A DNA stretch of 64,000 nt. Origin: Mizuhopecten yessoensis. Taxonomy: Eukaryota. Position 1 is the stretch's first letter, and each line of letters starts with the position of its first letter. A program made the translations under genes and the position numbers. The notes beneath the pieces are model-generated. The model was not told the DNA's origin. It ran no database searches and saw only the letters and a list, made by a program, of their open reading frames with translations. Of the stretch, positions 26,901 through 38,700 are shown piece after piece. Location: the NCBI RefSeq assembly GCF_002113885.1, contig NW_018408919.1, forward strand, positions 1,392,987 through 1,456,986, read 5' to 3'.

Positions 26901-27946
26901 TACTTGGACAAGTGTTAGAATTTTTGGTGCATAAAATTGACTATAGAATCAATTTGATTTCGAATATTTAAAGCATGGATTGCAATGAATGTAATGTAAA
27001 AGTTTGAAATCATACTGTCCTTGAATCTTGAAAAGTTTAAACAAAATTAAAAGTTACAATTGTTGTCATCATTAACTATACATGTATAACTTAACATGTA
27101 CTGACTATTGTTTGTAGCTTTTTATGTTAAAAGCATGTTAAAGTAAACATACATGTACTAGGCTCGGTTGCATCGGTGCCTTTTTCAGACAGCCCAGTTT
27201 TTGGACCTACGCTGAAGAAGCTGTCAATTCTCTTCTGTGCCATATTTCTTGCGTAATTAGAACCTGGAAGAATAAATTGTGGCTCCGTACATGTATGAAA
27301 TCGGAATACTTTTGACCTTTATGCGCTTCCGTAGATGAAAAAAATGACGAGCGTTGTGTTTACCAGAAATGTTTTTTTCATAAAAATTCCATGTATCAAT
27401 ATAACTAATCTACCAAGAAGGAACTATTTCAAAAATGCAGAGTAACTAATACGACAAATGCACCAGAATTTTTCACATTTGCATCATGAATTCACTGATT
27501 AAGGTTGGTTAGTTCAAAATGTTGTCAGTCTCGCTAGAATCGGTTCACAGACATGGTCAAACATGTCATTACTCAACAAACAGACCGAAACAAATAAACA
27601 CTAGGCATACATAGTAACATTTTAGTTATAATTACCTCTTTTCTATCGCTGATTCTGCTGATGACTTTTTTAAGAACTCGATGTAAACATTTGTTTACAT
27701 TTCGAAAATACGGCGCGTGCAAACTTCCGACTTTGAAGAGCTGCAAAGGCCGACAACTTTTCAAAAAAATACTACGGTATGGTGTACGATTTAGGCTATA
27801 TGATTTATAAAGTATTCAGTGTGGTAATTATCAGATCTGGCGAACGCGCTGAATTTCAAACCACATTTTTTTTACTAAAAAAATTTTTTGTTGTCAAAAT
27901 AATGTGGATTCAGCTGCGTACTCGCGTATAGGCAGCTACGCGCCTG
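23908..27946 (-). mobile_element. Apparently autonomous hAT-superfamily DNA transposon, 4039 bp, 5-bp TSD
   Basis: TIR CAGGCGCGTAGCT at 23908 and AGCTACGCGCCTG ending at 27946; GCAAT duplicated at 23903-23907 and 27947-27951. Confidence 0.93.
24120..27243 (-). CDS. hAT transposase (ZMYM1/THAP12-like, TTF-type zinc finger, DUF4371-like region, C-terminal dimerisation domain); 3 exons 27243-27153, 26868-26673, 26154-24120; ~773 aa
   Basis: WLRYS...YCAPC zinc finger, LADEATD, GYDGAS, HCKAH, ETRW, TAERQFS motifs; introns GT-AG with matching phases (1 and 2); no internal stop. Confidence 0.9.
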
Positions 27947-28152
27947 GCAATATTATTTCAAAAGGCCTAGTATGTATAAGTTTGTTCAATTACTCAAAAT
28001 CGAAAACACAAAAGAACTTAATAATTTAAGAAAGTATTCATCACTAGCGTTTAAACGTAGAGCAGATTTATTAAGAGGTCATCAATAGAACAGGTCATGT
28101 TAAGATACATGTTGTATATCAGTTTATTGAATACAAATTATGTAATATACCA

Positions 28153-28408
28153 TGATGATGAGGATGGTGTGTGCGAGTTAGTGTGAGTGTTCTTGAGGAT
28201 GAGGATGATGTGTGCGAGTCAGTGTGAGTGTTCTTGAGGATGAGGATGATGTGTGCGAGTTAGTGTGAGTGTTCTTGAGGATGAGGATGATGTGTGCGAG
28301 TTAGTGTGAGTGTTCTTGAGGATGAGGATGATGTGTGCGAGTCAGTGTGAGTGTTCTTGATGATGAGGATGATGTGTGCGAGGCAGTGTGAGTGTGTCCT
28401 TGTGAGTG
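28153..28408. repeat. ~41-bp tandem repeat, ~6 copies
   Basis: TGAGGATGAGGATGATGTGTGCGAGTTAGTGTGAGTGTTCT repeated. Confidence 0.9.
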
Positions 28409-29227
28409 TCTTTGTCTTGTCTGTAAAAGTTGTAAAACTTCAGCAAATAAAGAACTTGGGTGTGCGCTGTTGTTTTGTTGTTCCATTTGACAAAACATTA
28501 ATCAGAGGTGTCTGCCCCGAAGAAGAGAGAAAGATATTTTATTAACATAAAAGAACATTTTTGTAATAGAGTGTCTCCCCACCCCCCCTTTCCCGTTACG
28601 GAAGGTAGTCTCTGAGAAGTAATCAGTACTATAGTACTGGTAGCGATAATTACAGGGATTAGTAGCGGTATCGGGAGGGATCTAACTGTAGTATGTATAC
28701 CTGATACAGAATAAAACAAATCAAGAGTTACCTACCACCTTACTCATCTTTGAATCAACCAAAATAATTTAATTTTGATGTTTTACTTAACTTTTTAAAA
28801 CATAATTTAAATGTACATTGTAATTGTTCAGAAAACACTCAAGTATATTTCATTCAGTTCTGTGATAGTATGATACCGTTGTTATATGATTATTAATGTA
28901 ATCTGTACACCTGCGTATATCGATTTTATTTAATATACAACTACAATGTATACGCTTTTTCCTACAGGTACTGTGCTTGTTTCAAACACAGAAGTGTCTA
29001 ACTATGCGCTGATGTGTAATCAAAGCTCCACTAATCCCTGATTGGCCTGACACGTAGTTATTTGACGTGAAGCGATTGTCGGTAGTTACGTACGTGTACC
29101 AACACTGCACTACATTTTCACGGTCATTTCTGATCGGAATCTGCTACTGTAGCAGTTGTACCTACTTTGTTAAGTCAATTTTGATTGCTCCTTGCTCTTG
29201 TACCAGATTTTTGATTGGAGATATATG

Positions 29228-29682
29228 GGTGAGAGTGAGTGGATGGGAGAGAGTGAGTGGAATGCAGTGTGGGAGAGTGAGTGGATGGGAGAGAGAGTGG
29301 ATGGGAGAGAGAGTGAGTGGATGGGAGAGAGAGTGAGTGGATGGGAGAGAGAGTGAGTGGATCGGAGAGAGAGTGAGTGGATGGGAGAGAGAGTGAGTGG
29401 ATGGGAGAGAGAGTGAGAGGATGGGAGAGAGAGTGAGAGGATGGGAGAGAGAGTGAGAGAATGGGAGAGAGAGTGAGTGGATGGGAGAGTGATCATGAGT
29501 GGATGGGAGAGTGAGAGGATGGGAGAGAGTGAGTGGATGGGAGAGAGAGTGAGTGGATGGGAGAGAGAGTGAGTGGATGGGAGAGTGAGTGAGTGGATGG
29601 GAGAGAGAGTGAGTGGATGGGAGAGAGAGTAAATGGAATGCAGTGTGGGAGAGTGAGCGTGTCAAGAGAGAGAGAGAGAGAG
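29228..29682. repeat. Purine-rich ~20-bp minisatellite
   Basis: GAGTGAGTGGATGGGAGAGA repeated ~20 times, ending in (GA)n. Confidence 0.95.
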
Positions 29683-31569
29683 TAAAACTTTTTTAACTTC
29701 AATCGGGAAATCGAAGGCAAGTGCGGCAAATGCGTTATCCACTGCCCCACCCAACCATGCCTTATTTTGAACCCCATAGAAACCGAATGTAAATAGTCTC
29801 GAAATAATGTTGATCGAAAATGGCGATCGTTGTGCCAGCATAAAAGAAGTTATCATAAACCTTATTGGAAATATGCTTTTAGGAAAAGTAAGTGTTCTTG
29901 TAAAAAGTTACAATAATAGGCGATGTTGATCTTTTTAAAATCACTATGGCAACTCTTCGAAGGTTAAAAATAGTAGTTGCGTCTGCGCTCACTTCTGTAA
30001 CCGGGTCACACAAGTGGGAAGGGGTACACTATGGATGTTTCATTGCGCCTTTAAAATTTGGCAATAGATACTGTATGCAAAAAACATGAATTACACTCCA
30101 TCATACAGCTATTTCGTCTTTATGTCTCGTCGGTGATGATAGGGGCCAAAAAGTAGGATATACAAATTGATCTAAACGACGGTTGAGGTAGAAGGGAAAG
30201 TGCGTTATATCCTTTAATTCCCAAACTTTTTAAATTTAAAAGTGTACTGGTTTAATTTTCAAATTAAATAATTTGTGTAGAGAGTATATTATATAGTATT
30301 AGATTAATACTAGTATGCGCAAGGCATTTGTACAATGAAGTATGACTATCTATGACTGACAAGGGATACTTTGTCTATGGTTAAAACCGTACTTATCAGT
30401 ACTCTTACTTTAAGAAGGTTAATATCACCTTTTTTTCCCCAAGAAGAAATAAGAATACAGCCGTTTACATTTTTAAAAGTAAGTACTGACGAATCGGTCT
30501 GCCGAAAATTTGTGACCCTTACCTTTTTCGTATTAAAAGTGTGACCGTCACCATTTATTTTTTATTTTTTTTATTTTAACATATATCCATATACATGGTT
30601 GTAAAAATGTTTTATTTCATGCTACATCACTAAATATGTAAATGTATTCTATAGGCTCTCGATAAACGTGATAACCGTGCAAAATGTAATGAAATTCGAA
30701 AAGTGTGTGACCGTGTTCTCCGCATAAAAAACCCTAGAAAACACTGAAGCGTTTAGCAAAACTAGATGTATCTGGTCAATATATAATTGATATATATCAC
30801 ATCTAGAATGTTATCTGCCTTTCGCACACTTAGTGTGAAGTTCAGTAAAATACTTTAAACGCATTTTTTTACGGAAATCTTACCTCTGAAACGTCAAAAT
30901 GGCGGCCAAAAGTTTGTCCGTGATCTCCGCCTGACGTAGGTTAGTAGACTTACCCCTAGAATTTACAGAACTCTTTGAGGAGATATTTGACCTTATGCTT
31001 GTGGTAACCATGGCCGGGAAAATTCAAATTGTGTATATTTCTGGCGAAGTCGTGGCGTTGTTATACTTTCAACTGACGTGCGTCGCACCGACGACAAAAA
31101 CAGATAAATCGTATTCGTAATGAGTTCTTATTTCGTTTCATTGCATCTTTATATATATATATATGAATTTAATTCCAGACAAATCATATACATGAGAAAC
31201 CGTCTGAGGATGGAAAACAGGTAAGGTCCTTTACATCAATATTCTCTTAATTAAGCATACGTATTCAAGTTTCATCATAATTAATATTCTGAGCAACTCT
31301 GTTCTACAAGAAGGCTTTGAATCAAAATAAATGTTTCTCACCAAAATTTCACTCATTTTTTTGTTGTTGTTGTAAATAACCAGTTTATCACTAATTTGAA
31401 ATTTGGTTCACAAATATAACTTGCATAACATACGCCTAGAAAATTAAATTAACAATGAATTGACTGGAATTAATTGGAAAGGGGATTGAGAGAAAGTTTG
31501 GTTAAAAAGCATAAATTGATCGAGAAAAAGAGAGAAAGGGATAAGAGAGACTTAAGAACAATACGAGAG

Positions 31570-31900
31570 GTTTGGTTTGGTTTGGGTTTGTATTGTTTAA
31601 GATGCTTGTGTGTAGTGTATGCGTGTGTGTTTTGGGAGGCTGCGATATGTTCATGTTTGTCTCCTTGTGATAACGCGGAACTGATGCCGACTTTATAGTG
31701 CTACTCACTGAAACATACTGCCGAAGACACCCAGCAGGACACCCCACCCGGTCACATCATACTGACAACGGGCGAACCAGTCGTCCCACTCCTAAATTGC
31801 TGAGCGTTAAGCAGGAGTAGAAACTACCATTTTTACAGACCTTGGTATGTCTCGGCCAGGGGACAGAACCCAAAGCCTTCCTCACAAGGGCGTACGCTCA
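31570..31900 (-). mobile_element. tRNA-derived SINE, resembling bivalve Meta-domain SINEs
   Basis: Minus strand: box-B-like GGGTTCTGTCCC, then GTCAGTATGATGTGACCGGGTGGGG...CTTCGGCAGTATGTTTCAGTGAGTAGCACTATAAA and an (AAACC)n tail. Family name is from recall. Confidence 0.6.
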
Positions 31901-32452
31901 ACTAAAGGCCAAAAGTGAGGCATTGTCAATGGAGACATTAGGAAGAAGAAAATTGTTAAGAAAGAAGAGAAAGAGGGATTCCCGACGAAAGCAATGATTA
32001 TTCAAGAAAGGGTGATGATTGTTAATATATCAGTAAATGAAAACAAAAAATCAATAAACAATCCTGCAAGAAGAGGAGAGAAAAAAAATTGGTTTACTTA
32101 GTTTTCATCCACAATGACAATATTTCATCTTCATAATAAGTCATTAGCGTATCCATGGAGTGTATGAAAAAGAAATTGTCAATAAATATGCATTGATTTC
32201 TTATAGCATTCAAAGCAAATGTGCGGATTAAGAGTGAAAATATAAAATTAAAATAAATTCCAGGTTTTCGTTGGAACGACCTTCCTGCCTCTCCTACCCC
32301 ATAAATCGGGAAACGTCGGCACTTCCCGTAATCGGGTAAGTATTAACATGTATGTCGTCGATGTAATGACTATATAACCGGAAAGTTCAAGAGCGTTCTT
32401 TATATTTAAAAAAAATAAAAAAAAATGGCGATTTAATGTTATACGGTATTGG

Positions 32453-32642
32453 TATTCCGTCTTTTCGTATTGCAGAGTTATCTGCTCTTGTGAGCAGGTA
32501 TCGATTGTTACGTCATTAGTTTTTGTGAGAAAATTACGTCGTTTTCTCAAAAATTTATGACGTAACTCTCACAAACAAATGACGTAACAATCAATACCTG
32601 CTCACAAGAGCAGATAACTCTGCAATACGAAAAGACGGAATA
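32453..32642. mobile_element. Palindromic MITE flanked by TA
   Basis: ~65-bp near-perfect TIR TATTCCGTCTTTTCGTATTGCAGAGTTATCTGCTCTTGTGAGCAGG...; a second copy lies at 53304-53480. Confidence 0.85.
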
Positions 32643-32796
32643 TTGACAAAAAGATCATTAACCTTTTATGGAGAAAAAAAACCTGGACTATCACGTAATC
32701 AGTATAAGCTTCTAGCTAATTTTATGCAATACGTGTAATATTTAGTGAGTAAATTATGGAATGAAATATTATTCATGCCCTTTTTCGATATTTCAG

Positions 32797-35700
32797 CTAC
32801 ATTTTGGTAAACTGGACCCGCGCCCATTGATTCGCCAACGAGGTATCACCCGCGATGCCATAGTGATAGCACGGAGAAAAAGCGAGCTTGCGTTGCCTGC
32901 CTCGAGAGACACGCTTATTTACCCATCCAAACCATATCAACAACCTCCTCCAGCTTTAGTGTCCGACAAATATGATGATTCGGATGGTAAGTCGGTATCA
33001 TCGCTATGTTTGGAGCTACACATCAAGATGAGTGATATTAAATGTATATGAGGTGATAGAAGGGCGAAATGACATCATTGTTTTGTTTTCATTAAAAGAG
33101 GATATAGTCTAAGATTCTTGATGAGTAACAGCTATATTTCACGCGTGGGATGAATATTTCAGAATATCATATATAATATTCACCCAATATTTATATTTTA
33201 CTCTTGAGTAGAGTATTTCTTATGAATATCAAAATGTTCATGTTACCCAACAAATACAACTGTTTTGTTATAAAGACACGTTCTCATGAACAGGTGGTCA
33301 AGTTACCACAAAAATGTTGAGATAATTGATGCTATAATGGAACAACAATATAATTAGAAAACGTCATAATTGACAATGTCCGTTATTAACATTTATCACA
33401 TTAATCCTTGCGTTATAATTAGTCGTTAAATGCGAAAATAAACAATTTATCTATTTCTAACAATAATTAAGGAATAACCAAAATTAATTTTGGGGTTTTA
33501 ACGATAGACCAAAAACATTATTTGAGTTGTTTCGGTACATACCGTATAATCCTAAAAATAATCATGTCTATCATTTATAATTTAATTTAAAAAACATTTA
33601 TTAATTTATGTTAAACAAAAATGCACAAAACACCACATTGTGCAATAATTTCATTTCAAGGCAACTTCAACCAATCAGAAGTTAGAATTACAAAGACCGC
33701 GCCAAACATTCCGGTGTACAACGTCATCTCTTTCTGTGTTGTCTATTTTAAGGTTATATGCTATAACTTAAATAAAAGTTTAGCATTTTGGGGAATGGCC
33801 AAAATTAGAATATAAAATTATCAACTTTATTTTCAGTATTCAAACCACACTTTGCATGAGGTTTAAATTGAGTAAAACACGGTAGCCATGTCATAAATGT
33901 ATTGATTGACTAAATTCCCGTTTTGTGTGATACTGATGTGAAAACTACAGATACCTTAATACCCATATCTACTGGATATGTTGCAATACGTCATCATAAA
34001 GTGGAATGGTAAAAGACACCGAATACTACTTCCTTTTAAAGGTTATTGACTATTTCTAGATCGTTTACTAGCTCATAGTGTTACACATCCTTATGTTTAA
34101 TAGATACAGTATGCCAAAAAAGAATTACACTAAACTTAACGGTTTTGTCGTTCTAGGACTCATCCGTGATGCTAAGGGCCAACAAAAAAAAAAGGGGGGG
34201 NNNNNNNNNNNNNNNNNNNNNNNNNNNNNNNNNNNNNNNNNNNNNNNNNNNNNNNNNNNNNNNNNNNNNNNGGGGGGGGTATAGATTACTGTTGAAACAG
34301 GAGGGGAGGTTGTTTGTAGTTCCTCTGAATTATATAATTTCAAAATTTAGAGGAGTAATAGTTCATTTATTATAAGAATGAATAAAGTGTGTATATTACA
34401 AACTGTGCCACTACTCAAAAGGACAAACTGTAGCCATCAAGGTTATGTTAACCTAGGGGACTAAGATATCCACCCTAACATATCCATCAGTTGAGTTTTT
34501 AACTATTTACGTTTTCCATTTATGTTAATTAAGGATTAGCTTGAATATATTTTTCATGTTGTGGAGATATAACACAAACGCGAAGCGGTTTGTGATGAGA
34601 GTATACACTCCGGTTTTTTTGTGTTATAGCTCCATAACATGAACAATATATTCAAGTTAATCCTTATAATTTAATCTACTATACGCAATCCCTGTGGAAA
34701 TCCACTTTTATTGATGGACCCTTTTCTCTTAGAAATTATTAGGCTGCTGTATCAGCCAATCAAAAGCGACATTTCAAACGGCAACGTCATCTTTTTACGT
34801 TATGGGCTGATAACGTAAAATGTTAAGCCAATGAAAAGGCTTGTTACAAGCAAGATTAAATTATAAAAGATTATCCTATTTCTTGTCAGTTTCAGAAGAG
34901 TTGTATATTTCGGAGGATACTGCGCCCCCTACTCCGATAAAAAGGACAACGGAAGTGAGTGGGTTGAAGGCATACCTGACAGCATGCAAAACATACAGCC
35001 TCGTTCCCATAACTAAATTCAAGCGACAACTTGAAGGTGAAATGGTTTCGCTAAAGAACCACAATATCCAAGGAAACACCGCCAAGGCCATCGCGCTAGC
35101 ATTGGAGGTGAATATCAACTAGATTGTACAATTGTCAAATCATAGGACATCCGATGTGCATCGGTTTTGTCAGTCTGAACACACTCGAGTTTTCCGTCTC
35201 GTCAATAATGTTGAAAAGTAAATCGTCCCCAGATCTTTTCAGAACATTTCCAAATTGTCATATATTTTCAGTTCGAATTACGACATTGTTTACACTTCGG
35301 TATTTATACAGCTGGATATTTTCACTATCAATTTTCTTTAAGTCAAGCTACAGCATCACCAACGTTGACCTGGAAGGCAGTTTTCTAGGACCAATCGGCG
35401 CCATTTACATAGCTGACATCTTAAATAACAGTCATAACATCACGGTATTGGTGAGTAGGTCTTACAGTTTTTTCGATATGATATTTATTCCTCAATCTTA
35501 TAAATTCCATAAATCGCGTGGTAGCTGTGGCTGGGTGATTAGTGCTTGATCGTTTACGATCACTAGCCATCCACCACTGGATCGCGGGTTCGAGGCCTAT
35601 GTGGGGCAATTGCTAGGTACTGGTCGCAGGTCGGTGGTTTTCTTACGAGTACTCCGGTTTCCCTTCACCACCAAAACCTGGCACGTCCTTAAATGACCGT

Positions 35701-38700
35701 TACTGTAAATAAGACGTAAAACACGAACAAACCAAACTATATACGGCCTTGAGAAGAAGTTAAGTGTGTTTAATTATTATTCAATTGATAAGAAGAGAAA
35801 GTTGAATTTATTGACATCATGAAAAGTGTTTAATAAAGAATAAACAATTCGAACTCTTGATATAAAAGTATAATGCAATTTCATGATATTAGATTAATAT
35901 ATTTCTTGACATTAGAAATTGACTTTGACATCATTAATAAGATATGATGATATCAAGACTGCGAATTCATGATATCTGGAAATAGGCAATAAGTGGTAGG
36001 TGGAAGTCCAAATAGGTCTAAACTACTGTTAAAAGGGGAGGTGCATAAAATAATATTACATATACATATATGTATATGATTTTTTTTTTTGAATAGAGGA
36101 ATACTGGTTAATTGCAAATAAATAACGAGTAAATTCTGTCTTGTGTGAATCCTGTTACTACTCAAAATATTTTTAAAATATTTACTTCCTTTTTTTACAA
36201 GAACCTGAGCGGGAACAAGCTGATGTCACGTGGTCTTCAGGTTATAGTGGAAACCATGCAGAAAAACACATCACTTCTGTCGCTTGATTTGTCCGGTAAA
36301 TGTTTTCTTCTGGTATTTCATACGTTCTGTAAGAGATATAGTCTACCATTCATATATATTAACATTCTTTTTTATTTTGTCAAATAATATGAGTTGAAAT
36401 AGTGTTGATAGAGCTATAGAAGTAGTTTAACGTCCTCGAACTTCTCTCCACCCCTGGGATATGTCATGAAGAAATCGAATGAAGGTTCGCAGTGAGCTTT
36501 TTGAATGATTTAAGGCTTTGAAATTAAACCTGACCAATTGCTAAGCTAAATATTACAGAAGATCCATATCAAATTTTAAAGCCTGCCTGTTTTACCGTTA
36601 CACTGCTGTGATATTCTATTTGATCTTCATGGAAAATCTTAGAGTAATCGATGTTCCATTTATCAACGTATGTCATAAGGAGATGACGTAATAAATATCA
36701 TACTCCGTCAGTAACACTAATCGAATAACTGATAATATTAAACATGTCTGGATTTCGTATTTCCCTTGCATTTGAATGAGAGATGACTATAAAAGACATA
36801 TTACCTGAACCTGAACTCCAGAGTTTTTGTTTGTTACATTCTGATAAATGCATTTGACACTTTGCACCATGCCCAATCCTACATGAGTTTAACAAAACAT
36901 AGCTTTAAATACGTTTACTTTACTTCTAGATAATAGTTTCACAGACAAGGATACCAGCTGTCTGAAAGACCTCTTACTGGTAATGTATTGGCCCATTCGT
37001 TTGTAATTTCCTTGGTAATTGAAGGGATTCAGTTCAACGTTGAATATGTTTGCAAGCTGGCACTGCTTATGCCTTAATTCATGGATACTTAATTATGTTT
37101 ATATTTTTAACTCTCTGCATTGGATTTTTAAGATAATTGCCTCCATACTTCTAATGATTATTTTACAATTGGTGTTATTTGAGAAGCGATAAATAAGCAA
37201 TGTGTGTCATTGTGTGGTCACTGCATGTGCTCAATACATTTTATATATGATGTTGAGTTGGCTCCTTTTCATAATTTTCCCGATCGGCACATGTCGCGTT
37301 TACGTTTACAATTTTGGCTTAGAGATTACTTTTTACATTTTTTTAATTTCAGTCTAGCTGTGTTCTGCGGGAGTTGAACCTGTCGAAGAACGGATTTGAG
37401 GACAGTGGCGGCGTTCTCATCGCCCAAGGACTGGGTAACATCCCTCTTTATATTAACATATCTTATGATGAGCGGGACAATTATCTATAATTTTGTTTGC
37501 ACTACCCTTTGTTAAAGCAATTATTTTCTACATTTTGCCGAATTCACGATATCTAAGAATGACATACAGACTACCGAATCGAAAGTCTTACAAAAGAAAC
37601 CACCACCCTGTCTAAACCACCACACTGTCTAAACCACCACCCTGTCTAAACCACCACACTGTCTAAACCACCACACTGTCTAAACCACAACCCTGTCTAA
37701 ACAACCACACTGTCTAAACCACCACCCTGTATAAACCACCACCCTGTCTAAACCACCACTCTGTCTAAACCACTACCCTGTCTAAACCACACTGTCTAAA
37801 CCACCACCCTGTCTAAACCACCACCCTGTCTAAACCACAACACTGTCTAAACCACCATCCTGTCTAAACCACCACACTGACTAAACCACCACCCTGTCTA
37901 AACCACAACACTGTCTAAACCACCATCCTGTCTAAAACACCACACTGTCTAAACCACCACCCTGTCTTAACCACCACACTGTCTCAACCACCACCCTGTC
38001 TAAACCACCACACTGTCTAAACCACCACACTGTCTAAACCACCATCCTGTCTTAACCACCACACTGTCTAAACCACCACACTGTCTAAACATTGAGACTT
38101 CGGATATTGTGTGAACAACTAATAACGGTTTGTGTACAACATCTGAACAATTACACCATCTTGTCTATAACCCATAGCAAGTGTAAAACACCTGAATCAT
38201 TGGGTACAATATGTATATTTGTATCGAAACACCACATTATAGAATAAACTTACACGAACAATGATAGACCCTCTCTGATAATTCAAGGACTGTGCAGTAG
38301 TACCTGAACAATTACAACACCTTGTCTACCTCTATGGATTGTAGTTATGTCGAAATACGATATGCTCGAGAAATTCTGAGTAAATCTGTACGTGATTTAA
38401 CTTAACGTAGTTTAACATATCTAAATAAATTAAAATAAAAACATCTAATCGGATTCACGTATTTAACCAATTCATTTTTCTTTTCTTGTTTTCAGCTCAA
38501 AATAAAACGATAAAAAAACTGAACCTCAGCTGGAACCATCTGAGAAGAAATGGAGCATATGCCATCGGACAGAGCATAAAGGTAGGTCAAAGGTCATAAG
38601 GTCATAAGGTCACAGCTTTTTTTAAACAACGCAATGTATCCTTTATTCCGCATTGTAGCAGACTGTCCATGTTGTCCAAATGTTTGAGAAATCATTCGAA

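Larger units (their letters stand above)
22540..28086 (+). mobile_element. Decayed LINE (RT and C-terminal region), split by the hAT insertion into 22540-23907 and 27947-28086
   Basis: SGLFQGEILSPLLFTLFVNDL, ADDMVIL, LQKMLDSLSDYCRKWSLTLN, EDEFHFIIKC; the frame LRSKYIKQ|YYFKRPSMYKFVQLL resumes after the hAT element; several frameshifts. Confidence 0.9.

Noticed and set aside
29067-29856. Ser/His/Leu/Pro-rich ORFs
   Set aside because: Translations of the GA-rich minisatellite.
29807-29887. Candidate first exon MLIENGDR...LLGK|GTAAGT for paralog 1
   Set aside because: Phase-compatible but with no homology or transcript support, so not called.
16949-32797. Idea that the LRR-EF genes are duplicates of, or share a promoter with, RanGAP1
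   Set aside because: Both are RI-type LRRs, but exon sizes and phases differ, RanGAP motifs are missing, and the starts are >12 kb apart with transposons between.
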